A DNA stretch of 62,877 bases, filler included, from Basidiobolus ranarum (lineage: Eukaryota), in assembly GCA_040143965.1 (NCBI GenBank). It is 28 parts of 28 records of this genome, joined end to end, with 100 filler letters (N's around TTAATTAATTAA, not from the genome) between each part and the next. Parts side by side here need not be neighbours in the genome. Positions count along the whole stretch, not along the records: positions 51,771 to 53,913 come from JASJQH010010598.1; positions 54,014 to 56,155 come from JASJQH010010599.1; positions 56,256 to 58,396 come from JASJQH010010601.1; positions 58,497 to 60,637 come from JASJQH010010602.1; positions 60,738 to 62,877 come from JASJQH010010603.1; 23 more parts are not named here. One strand, given 5' to 3'. Made by a program: the position numbers and the translations under genes. The notes under the pieces were generated by a model. The model made no database searches. It was not told the origin of the DNA and was given only the letters and a program-made list of their open reading frames with translations. Of this stretch, positions 52,515 through 62,877 are shown in pieces. Numbering within the stretch: position 1 is the first letter of the stretch; the number at the start of each line of letters is the position of its first letter.

Positions 52515-53670
52515 CTAATATCATTGTATGTATTGGTGACACTCCTGCCATCAGTAAATTGGAGGTTCTTGCAGGCACAATTTACTATCTTTCGGTAGAT
52601 TTTGTCAAATCAATGAAGTCTACTCAATCAGGCACACACATTACTACTCTCCATATACAAAGCTAAACTCCATGATTTTACCATCAAGAGCCTGCTCAGA
52701 TTTCAATATGATTGCTGATATCATTCACCAAATAGTCAGTCTAACATCAAATTCAAAATGAATGAGCCATTCAAGATAAGATCAAAGCTTGAATTCATTG
52801 AGAAAATGCTTGAAAACATCAAGATACCATCTTCTCTGACCAGGACTCCAATCAATATCCGCTAATCTAGGCATTTATTCAAATGCAAAGACTGGAAGTA
52901 TTGGATTTGTATATATATTCAAGTGGAATATTAAGAAGATTTCTGCCTGATGAGTATTGGCAACATTGGGAGTTGTTTGAGGATATTGTTAATATATTAT
53001 TATGGCATAAACTCACATTGGCAGAACTCAAGCAGATACAGCAACTGTGCAAAGATTTTGTAATTGGATATGAAAAACTTTATTACAGGTTTAAAGAAGA
53101 TAGATGGAACCTATGTCAGTATTCAATAAATTCCTTGCTGCATCTTTCACAATGCTTAGAGATTATAGGCCCTTGCAATACATTCTGGGAGTTCCCAATG
53201 GAGTACACCTGTGGTGAAATGATGCTCTGTGTGAAGTTGTCAGTATTTCTGTATGCTAGTTTGATTAAGATTGTATCATCTAAATCAGTGATGGATGTAA
53301 TGAGATGGGTTGAAGAGACTCCTGAGTTTATTAAGCTTCCAACAAAGGGGTCTTTTCAATGTGCTCATGGGTTTTCACAATGTTTGAGCACCATAACAGC
53401 AACAAAGCCCAATCCATGGACACAGAGTAAGTACCTCTACAATTTGGACTAAATGGTTTGTGTAATAATCTGACAGTATTTCTAGGATAGCTGCAAGACA
53501 GACTTCTTGGTGAGATAGATGGAGATATATAGTGTTATTGTTTTAGCCATGAGGTATGCTATTCAAGCAATGATACATCTACTTGGGGCTAAACATTTAT
53601 TGACTGCAAGTTGTTGATATATTGGCTGAATTCTTTACCAAAATTTGCCAAAATCCATGAGCTTATTCAA
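52515..53670 (+). mobile_element. CACTA transposase, middle to C-terminal part
   Basis: IVCIGDTPAISKL...LPDEYWQHWELF...SLLHLSQCLEIIGPCNTFWEFPMEYTCG. Confidence 0.88.
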
Positions 53671-53799
53671 GATACATGAAGCAATGGTCACAACCATAAC
53701 AGGAAGAAAAATCTAATACTTATGCAGTGATAATGGAACTGAATTTAGCAATGAAGCCATGACTAGCTTTTGTCAAGAAAAGGGAATTCAGCAGCAATT

Positions 53800-53913
53800 T
53801 ACCTGAAAAACCTGAAGTCATGTACTGTTTGCACACAATTGGCAATCACTGAATCAGGTAAATATCGTTCATATTTGGCTTACATACCGTTGATTCCCCG
53901 TCTTAAAGTTTTG
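53800..53913 (+). mobile_element. CACTA transposase fragment that retains CpGs
   Basis: LKNLKSCTVCTQLAITESGKYRSYLAYIPLIPRLKVL, matching the 19538-20203 ORF. Confidence 0.8.
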
Positions 53914-54013
53914 NNNNNNNNNNNNNNNNNNNNNNNNNNNNNNNNNNNNNNNNNNNNTTAATTAATTAANNNNNNNNNNNNNNNNNNNNNNNNNNNNNNN
54001 NNNNNNNNNNNNN

Positions 54014-56155
54014 TTTGTCACCTTCAAAATCCCTAGTCTCCTTGATATATACTCCTGAGTATTTTTATAGAGTTCTTCATACCCAGAGTTTAGCTCATAC
54101 CCAACTTGAGTTTGTATCAATATCTCCATTAAAGCCCACCATTGTATTAATGTTGCTAAATCACCATTCTCCCAGCTATCTGGCAGATATCCTTCAATAT
54201 AGTGCTATTCTGAAATAAGTTCTTCCCAGATATCTGTATGTTCAACACCAAACTGAATGTCCAGTTGAATATTCTTCTTCTGAAGCCACTTTCTGCATAT
54301 TTTCACTGCATTTTTCCCATCATACTTGAAAATACTCCTCAAGCAATTTGACTATTTTTGTATGTCCTTTTAGTGTGACACTACCAAGGGAGCTTTGAAA
54401 AGTTTGTGTGGCTGTTTGCTTACCTTTAAGTAAGGGGCTAATTCCAACACTTTGAGAGGTACCAGTTGATTTTGGAGAGCAGTAAGTTTTAGTTGCTGAT
54501 GTTTAGGCTTGTTGAGAGGTGCCAGGTGTAGGATAGGTTTCAATATTTATCACTTGTCCAACTGGTGTACCAGGTACCATGGTAAATTAAGCTCTGTTGC
54601 CAGTATATCTGACTCTGGAAATGCAGATCTTTGTAAGGGTGTGAAGAATTTGGTAAGTGGGACAGTAGAGCCTAAACTCACTGGTTCCTTTGCTTTTCCT
54701 TTGGATTAACTAACTTTTGGCTCTTTGAGTACTTCTTTAGCTGCTTTTCTTTCTTTTCCAAGTTGATAATTGCATACATTTTTGATTTGTTCCATGAATA
54801 GGCCTATATTAGCCCAATTGCCATATGCTTGCAAAAACCCAGGATAAGCCACATGAAATAAGTCAAGAACCATAATAGTAATGCCTGATTTTTGGTTTTT
54901 CCACAATTGGCTCCAATACAGGTGAGTTTGGGCAAGATTCCACACAGTTTCCAAAATGTTAATCCACTGATCATCAGAGCAAGTGACAGCAGCTCTGACA
55001 TTCAGAGTCTCTTGGTTTGCCAATTTCCTATGAGATTTCTACTTTCATGTGCCCAAGCAATTTTGGGTTGTTGTGTTGGCTTAATAGTCCAACACATACT
55101 CTGCCCAGCTACATTGTCATGGTAACATTCATAGATATGATGTGGGATTGATTGAAATCCTATATGAGAAAGGATGGAGGGAGCAGCATGTTGCTGTAGC
55201 TCAAGTATAGCATTCTGAAGGTCTTGTATCATTGCTGAGTGACTCTCCAACTGTTGACTAGTTGCTTCCAAATGCTTCAATAATTCCAATATTGCAGCTT
55301 TAGTATGGGTCATGGACTGTATAGCAACTTCATAGTTTTTACTAGTGATTGCAGACAAACTATTATGGTATTCTGCCTGCAATTCCCATGTTGTAATAAT
55401 TCTATCCAAATTTTCTGCAGAGGGTTGTTCAATAGTGGGCAAAGTGGCCATTTAGGAAGTTGATGGTGTTGACAGTGTTTTGGTTGAACTTTGCTCAACT
55501 ATTGATTTACTATGACATTGGGGATTAAAATCTCTTCACTTGCACTGTTGCTGGAAAGGAACACATCTGGTAAGCTGATAAGTGCTTCATCATTACTTGA
55601 GTTTGTTTCTGGCAAGTTAATGCCTTCCAGAGTGGATAGTGGATTGTTAGACTGCGCTTCAATTATGCCCTCTGTTCTTGCTGGTTTTTTTCCTTTTGTG
55701 CCAATAGGCTTTGGCCTAGAAGTCTATTTTGACTTAGATTTTGCATGCTTTTTGAATAACATTGATATTTTCAGATGGCAAACTTTGTGTAATGAAGTTG
55801 CTTAGAAATAGCTTATAATAAACCAAAATTGCCATCCATTACTGGTAATATCTTGTAAAATGAAATTGCCATCTATTTCCGGAATTATCTTGTTAATCCC
55901 CTGATGACTCATCTGCGACACCATCTCAGAATCAGCTGATGATGTTGATGAGCTGTACCTTAAATACCACCCTTATGTAGAGGGTGCTCTTTTTTCTACA
56001 ATATCCTTCTCATGCTACAACACAAACATTTAAAGAAGCCCTGCTATTATTGTCACAAATTCTTGTGCTATGAAAGCTGGAGGATTCATAGAAAAAATAA
56101 TCACAAGCATGGTCACTGTACAAAGCCACCAGCTGCACAAAGCCTGGTGCATAAC
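54014..56155. mobile_element. CACTA-like element internal region: ORF2 on minus (~55725 downwards) and putative transposase N-terminus on plus (56012 onward)
   Basis: The whole contig is one element. Plus-strand MLQHKHLKKPCYYCHKFLCYESWRIHRK has C-x2-C...H spacing. Confidence 0.8.
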
Positions 56156-56255
56156 NNNNNNNNNNNNNNNNNNNNNNNNNNNNNNNNNNNNNNNNNNNNT
56201 TAATTAATTAANNNNNNNNNNNNNNNNNNNNNNNNNNNNNNNNNNNNNNNNNNNN

Positions 56256-56939
56256 AGTAGTTTGATGTACACAATGCTAATGGAGCCAAAACTGGGAATA
56301 GCAAAAAGCTACCAACAAAAGCACTTTCCACCACAGAAACAAAGTATATGACTGCCTCTGCTACTACACAAGAGACTATGTGGTTAAGCAAGTTATTGAC
56401 AGACTTAGGATATATGCTATTGGGCATCATTTGGTTAGAGCAGGAATAGGTAATGATATAATTGAACTGTCTATTGCTCTACTAAAGAAATGATTGCTGA
56501 CATCTTAACCAAACCTTTGGCTAAAGCACAATGAGAATTATTAAGAAATATGCTAGGTTTGGAGACATGCACAATAATCAGTTGAGTAGGAATGTTGACA
56601 TTAGGTAAATAGCAACTCATTATTTAGAAAGTAGTATATTCACATTCTATTCATTTAGCACTAAATTCAGCCATTCAAAATCATGTGTTTTTTGCTGTAA
56701 TTGATCGAAATATCAATCAGATCATTTTATCAATCTTAACCATTTTATCAAAATTCTTTAAATTGCCTTAAATTTTGACCCCTGCTGTACATGCATGTTT
56801 GCTTTGATATGAGCATTTCAATAGTCCTATTTCATAGAAATAAAAAAATAGAACCTATTTAATTCACTAAAATGAAGTGTCTGATTCACAAATCCAATTC
56901 TTGTACAAAGCACTTGCAAATCCCTCAACACTTCTATCA
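56256..56939 (+). mobile_element. Copia family B RNase H end, PPT and 3' LTR (56593-56939)
   Basis: ALSTTETKY and MIADILTKPL motifs; AGTTGAGTAGGAA then TGTTGACATTAGG...CTATCA. Confidence 0.85.
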
Positions 56940-57199
56940 AAGTTAGCATTCAAGTTATAGATTTGTGAAATTAGAGTTCCATTTTTTGCACATGTGTTGC
57001 TTTATAATTCTCTGAGATTGCAGACAATCATGTGCAACTATCTTGCAAGATGTACAAATTTCACTCCTGAAACTGAAAAAATAAGGAAAATCAAGTCTAA
57101 TTAATTGATTTTATTATGGTGACTTAATAGTCAAACCAAAGCAGATTCAAATTGTGATGGCTTTCTTTCAATCACAATTCTCTAATTTCTTTTGGGGAT

Positions 57200-57770
57200 T
57201 GTTGATGGCTAGCTAATACCTTATGGCCCCTATCCCAACAGATTGAACTTAGTTCAGAAGTAAATGAATCAGATTCAAACACAGAGAAATGTAGTATTAT
57301 TCCCATTGCAACCAACAGGTATAATTTGAAAGATGGAGTATTGATATCATAGGAAGACTACCCACTACTAGAAGAAGCAATAGATATATTCTTGTTGCCA
57401 TTAACCATACAATTCAATGGCTGGTTGCAAAAGCAGTATCAATTGCTAAGGCAGAAGAAGTTGCAAGTGTCATATGCCATGAAATTTTAACAAAGTGTAG
57501 ATGCCCTGTGAGATGCGGTCAAAGAGAGGAGCTAACTTCATGGCAAAGACACTTTTGGCCTAATTGGAATTTCAAAATATCAATATTGATAGACCTCTGC
57601 CTATAATCCACAAACTAGTGAAGTAACCAAGAGATTTAATGGACATCTTGGCCTGATACTATCTAAATATGGCAATGGATCAAAACTTCAGTAGGTTTAG
57701 TACAGTGATCAAGCCTTAATTGCCTACAATCTAATAGTAAATAGTAAAACTCAGAAATCCACTTTGTAAT
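57200..57770 (+). mobile_element. Degenerate Ty3/gypsy integrase core, between a CACTA left end (56940-57197) and right end (57773-58284)
   Basis: WSIDIIGRLPTTRRSNRYILVAI...TSAYNPQT..KRFNGHL. Confidence 0.75.
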
Positions 57771-58284
57771 GGCCCTAACAATAATAAAATCAATTTGATC
57801 TGAAATGGATCCACCCTTCTGGATTGCGTGACCATTGGAGAACAGTCAAAACATTAGTGGCTTGCATTCTGCCAGGGATTTTGGAGGTGAGATGGTGGCT
57901 TCTTGACAGCAATTTAATGGTTTTCATACAAGGTAAAATAATCAACCTCATATTTGGCATGCGCTTCTTTAATTTCCAACAAGTTTTGCAAAAACAAATT
58001 TTTGAATGGCATATTTCTGGGTTTACTGCTGTAGGAATTTGAACTAATATTTGTGCCTTTGTTTAGATACTTTAGGCTTTGTATTTCAGCCATAATGAGA
58101 ATCAAAAAATACATGAATCTTGTTGTGTTTAGTCTCTACATATGTACATACTGGACTGATCAGACATAACTCAACAACATAAATATGCTCTACCAGCAAA
58201 CTAATAGTGGAAATATTGCTAAGCATCAGAATTTTGAATAGCACTGACACTTGGCAAATAGCTGACTCTTGTCACCATTCATAA

Positions 58285-58396
58285 TAGACTTGTTTCATTG
58301 GACCAGGTCAGATTGTGCTGCTTGATCCAGCCTGCTAGTACTCCATCTGGCACAATCTGTCAATTACCATGGCTGGGTCCTATAACTCTCAATTGG
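58285..58396 (+). mobile_element. hAT-like terminus (end 2)
   Basis: TAGACTTGTTTCAT; matches 45992-46090. Confidence 0.65.
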
Positions 58397-58497
58397 NNNN
58401 NNNNNNNNNNNNNNNNNNNNNNNNNNNNNNNNNNNNNNNNTTAATTAATTAANNNNNNNNNNNNNNNNNNNNNNNNNNNNNNNNNNNNNNNNNNNNG

Positions 58498-60540
58498 CAA
58501 GCTAATGCCCATGAATTTGTGTCTGCACTCCCCGAAAAGTATGATACCCTCGTAGGTGAGAAGGGAGCCCTTCTATCTGGTGGTCAAAAGCAGAGAATTG
58601 CTATTGCGCGTGCTTTGATTAAAAACCCGAAAATTTTATTACTGGATGAGGCTACCAGTGCTCTGGATACCGAATCGGAGGGAATTGTACAAGATGCCTT
58701 GGATAAAGCAGCCCAGAATAGAACCACCATAGTTATTGCGCATCGACTTTCAACCATCAAGAATGCGGATTTGATTGTGGTCATGCAGCATGGTTCAATG
58801 GTCGAGTCGGGCACCCACACAGATTTGATTTCTCGGAATGGCGTGTATGCTGGTCTTGTAAGAGCTCAGGAGCTAAAGATTCTGGAAGAGCAAATGAACA
58901 AGAAAAATGAAGAGAGCATCGAAGAGTTCGAAGACAACGCAGGAGGTAATGAGACTGCTATGTGTGATAATCAAGTAGACCCAATCAGCAAACTTGCGAG
59001 CCGTGTGTCACAACCCGATCATAACAGCAATCCTAATTCTAATGGCGCTTATCTCCAAGAAGAGAAGAGCCAAACGTATTCCCTCTGGAGTGTGATGAAA
59101 CTCAATAGACCTGAACTACATTTACTTTTCATCGGAACGCTAGGCTCAGCGATAGATGGAGTTGTTATGCCCTTATTTTCGATTATTTTTACCAAAATTC
59201 TGGTAACATTTGGACTAGTTAATGATAACCCAGAAAAATTCAAGAAAGATTCTGACTTCTGGTCGCTCATGTTCGTAGTATTGGGAATTGTGTCATTTAT
59301 CTCGGCATTCGCAAAGATTGCTGTTTTTTCTATAGCTGGCGAGAGACTGACACGGCGCTTACGAAACTTAAGCTTTACGGCTTACCTTCGCCAGGAAGTA
59401 GCCTTCTTTGATGACGAAAAAAATGGAGTTGGCATACTCACTTCCAAATTAGCAAGTGAGGCGCAAATGGTGCAAGAGCTGACCGGTAAATTAGCCGGAA
59501 CTATTTTACAAGCTTTCTTCGGACTGGCAGCCGGAATGATTATTGCCTTTATTAGTGGGTGGAAATTGGCGTTAGTCGTTCTAGCCTGTGTTCCTGTTAT
59601 CTTTATTGCCTCTGTACTTCAAATGAAATCATTAACGGGCTTTAATGAAAAGACTAAAATAGCCTATGAGCGAGCAGCTCAAATTGCGTCCGAAAGTGTT
59701 GAAAATATGCGTACCGTGGCATCTTTGGCCCGTGAAGATACATTCAAGACTATATTTCAGGAGCGTAACTTGCCAGCCCACCAAACTGCTGTTCGTGGAG
59801 CTGCCTTATCTTCTCTCGGTACTGGTTTCTCAAACGGTGTTGTATATCTAGTTTATGCACTAGCTTTTTGGTATGGCTCACGCCTTATCATTAGTGGTGA
59901 ATATGACTTTTCACAAATGTCGCAGGTCTTGTTCTCAATTATATTCTCAGCGGTCACCATTGGGCAAGCATCATCGTTTACTGGGAATATATCCAAAGCT
60001 AAGATTGCTGCCAAGGATGTGTTGGAACTATTAGCCCGAAAACCCCAAATTGACTCCTCACTCAATACTGGTGCTTCATCGCCTTCCGATTTTTCTGGAA
60101 AAGTGGATATCAATCATGTTTATTTCTCATATCCTTCTCGTGCAAAGATACCCATATTGCAAGGTTTTGATTTATCTGCTCTTGCGGGTAAGAGTATAGC
60201 GCTCGTGGGATCTTCTGGTTCTGGAAAGTCTACTATTGTAGCTTTGATTCAACGATTTTACGATGTTACCCAGGTGCGTCAACAGCGTGACATGAGTAAT
60301 GGCGTTTATAACCCCAACTCAGTTAATGTTGAGGATATTGATGTTCGTGATTGGAACATCGGCGACCTACGATCACACATAGCGACTGTAGGACAAGAGC
60401 CCGTCTTATTTGGCTGTAGTATTGGAGAGAATATTGCTTACGGTATCATTAATAACTTACAAACCAGAGATGATGGTAGCCTGGAGATTTCGAAGGAACT
60501 TCAATCACGAATTGAGACAGCCGCCAAAGCAGCCAATATT
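58498..60540 (+). CDS. ABCB/MDR (P-glycoprotein-like) transporter, internal exon: NBD1 end, linker, TMD2 and most of NBD2
   Basis: [42 protein letters not shown] and QEPVLF. Similarity stops at AAKAANI|GTAAAC, a probable intron donor at 60541. Confidence 0.95.
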
Positions 60541-60737
60541 GTAAACGTTTTATCAATCATGTCTATAATATATGCTTTGTTAATATGGTTTACAAAAAAA
60601 TATATTACTACAAAAGAAGAACTTAATAAACAAGTAGNNNNNNNNNNNNNNNNNNNNNNNNNNNNNNNNNNNNNNNNNNNNTTAATTAATTAANNNNNNN
60701 NNNNNNNNNNNNNNNNNNNNNNNNNNNNNNNNNNNNN

Positions 60738-61880
60738 TGGTTTTATTAACCAAGTAAAGCTCATCATCCAGTTACATCCCCATTGCTACCCCTCTGACCA
60801 AACAAAAGTAGGCTTAGTGGGAACACTATTATCAGGAACAGCTCTATCTTGGTTTGCTCCTTTGATGGAAAGTCAATCTCTACTTCTTTCAAACTTCCTT
60901 GCCTTCCTTGCTGAACTGGAAGCTACATTTGGAAGTACAGAAAAGGAAAGGACTTCAGCTACCAAGCTCCATGCACCAAAACAAGAGTCAAAGCCTGTAT
61001 CAACATATACGGTGGAATTTTGCCTTATTGCCTAAGATTTCAAATGGGATTAATCTGCCCAGATCAGCCAGTTTCAACATGGACTTCAAGAAAATATTAA
61101 GGAACTTTTACTCACTATGGCATACCAGTGACCTTGACTGATGCTATCTATCAGGCAGTTAAATGTGAGAACCGGTTGTTTGAAAGACTTCAAAAAAGAA
61201 ATATAACTCCTTTGCACTCTCCCATTATACTCCACCTATCCAATTCCAAGTCAATAAAAATAACTGCACTTCTTGATTCATGTGCTTCCTCTTGTTTTAT
61301 TGACTCTGCCTTTGTCCAATCCCTCTTTATCCCAACAATCAAGAAAACTAATCCAGTCCTTGTAAAAGTAATTGCTGAAAGTCTGCTATCATCCGGTCAT
61401 GTAACACATGAGACAACATTTATGACACTCATGTCCACTGCTCATCAAGAAATAATAGCCTTCAATATCCAACTTAGCATCAGCCCAAATCCTCAAAATA
61501 TCTACAAAGCCAATATCCATTGACAGTATTGCTGAAGAGCTGAAACTAACAAAACTTATGGCTCATAAGCTTTGACCCAAATACATAGCCTGTGCTGATA
61601 TCATTGACAAGAAGAAATCTGATATACTCCCAGCTTGCCACCTATAAGTTTGCCCTATAGATCTACAAAAAGGAAAAAAACCACCATTTGGGCCTATCTA
61701 CGGGCTGACCCAGCAAGAACTCAGCATCCTTAAAGAATATATCTCACATAATCTGGAGAAAGGGTTTATCAAACATTCCAAGTCTCCGGCAGGCTCTCCA
61801 ATCTTACTTCTTAAGCAAAAAGAAGATTCCCTTGATCTCTGTATTAATTATTGTGGCCTAAGTAGCATTAAAGTCAGAAA
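60738..61880 (+). mobile_element. Degenerate Ty3/gypsy (Tf/chromovirus-like) gag, protease and RT start
   Basis: LLSGTALSWF, ALLDSCASSCFID and PPFGPIYGLTQQEL..LEKGFIKHSKSPAGSPIL motifs. Confidence 0.88.
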
Positions 61881-61884
61881 ATGA

Positions 61885-62650
61885 ATACTGGGATGATGAC
61901 AAGTAGTAAATGTTATTTGAAAACCAGGATATGTTGTTTATTTGAAAAGATATGGATCCTATTTATACTTTTTGGAAGGTAGAAATGGTTACTAATGAGA
62001 ATTTTTGGAAAGTTGCAGAAAATTCTATTGGTGGGGATCTGGGGATATGATATCATCAAAAGTCATAAGAATAGTAATCCATGGAATGTTCCAGAAGGTG
62101 GCAGAATAGTCCAGAATGTCACACAACACGCTGGCAAAGTCAAGTTTTAATTAGTCAAAATTCAATTGATCATCCAATATTGCCACAATCTTGTGGAATG
62201 TTTCAGAAGATTGTAGAATTTTCCAGAAAATAATAGGGCTAATGTGGGTTAATAGTGATAAATCTCAAATAATAGGGGATAATACTAATGTTATGATATG
62301 TTTGGCTTGACAATATGGGTAAGTCAAATATGGATAATAAAATGGAAATTGTGCAATAGTAATCATATAAGCTAGGAGTGAATATAAGTCAACCTGCTAG
62401 TGGGTAACAAAGCTACCCCACTACACCCACCCCTCTCTGAATTTTGAACTCAAGTGAAAAACCAAACTTCATATTTTGAGTCATTTCCTCTAGTCTTAAA
62501 TAACTTTAGTTGGTTCCCTGCAACTGGCAGTGTGAGTTCTGTTCCATCAAGTTCAGCTGTGTAATAGCTTCCATTGCCTACAACTTTAATGATTTTGCAT
62601 GGCTCTCCATTTGTTGTCAAACCTCCTGCTCCATTGTTTGTTAGGAGTGT
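61885..62650 (-). mobile_element. Gypsy integrase tail, PPT (62426-62438) and 3' LTR family F starting TGTAGT at 62425
   Basis: GNGSYYTAELDGTEL..GNQLKLF, then AGAGAGGGGTGGG|TGTAGTGGGG; TATAAAT near 61965. Confidence 0.75.
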
Positions 62651-62689
62651 AATCATGTTCCATGTTAAGCTCATCAACTTGCAGTGGTG

Positions 62690-62877
62690 ATGGCTTGTGG
62701 ACATCATAGGGCCAGGTTTTTCTGGGTGGGCTTCATGAAACTCCTGGCAAAGTTCCCTGGAATTGGAAAGATTTGTTGCTGGCTCCCTTGATTGATCATT
62801 TGCTGAGTATCCCTTCCAGTCCACTAATATTGCAATTTACAGCAATAAATTCTGGAATTTAGAGTTTTGCTAACTTC
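62690..62877 (-). mobile_element. Chromovirus integrase chromodomain fragment
   Basis: VDWKGYSANDQSREPATNLSNSRELCQEFHEAHPEKPGP. Confidence 0.8.

Noticed and set aside
60541-60637. ORF-track extension of the ABC transporter ([14 protein letters not shown]...)
   Set aside because: It is AT-rich, starts with GT where similarity ends, and is probably an intron.

Overview
This is not contiguous genome. It is a pseudo-scaffold of 28 unrelated contigs of about 2.15 kb, sorted by decreasing length (2158 to 2140 bp) and joined by an artificial 100-bp linker (44N-TTAATTAATTAA-44N). The DNA is fungal, with short GT-AG introns and yeast-like housekeeping genes. An early-diverging lineage such as Basidiobolus is my unverified guess. 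About a third of the contigs are genic, with normal CpG content. They carry a bacterial-type UPRT with 2 introns, RPL2/uL2, PCK1, RAD6/UBC2, a head-to-head PDC + ADH pair, an ABCB/MDR transporter, an NmrA-like protein, a bacterial-dynamin-like GTPase with a probable tandem paralog, a GYPPQGxS-repeat tail and a secreted-protein N-terminus. The rest are mosaics of nested, degenerate transposons that are almost devoid of CpG. These include four Ty1/copia LTR families (three with a Ty5/copia-type half-tRNA-iMet PBS, one of these with TG...TA ends), Ty3/gypsy pieces including a chromodomain, a hAT-like element, and a CACTA/EnSpm-type element that reconstructs with two divergent ORFs. The best leads are the PDC-ADH bidirectional pair, repeat-restricted CpG>TpG hypermutation, the divergent two-ORF CACTA element with an unknown accessory protein, and the dynamin-like genes. 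All calls were made by eye; no searches were run.
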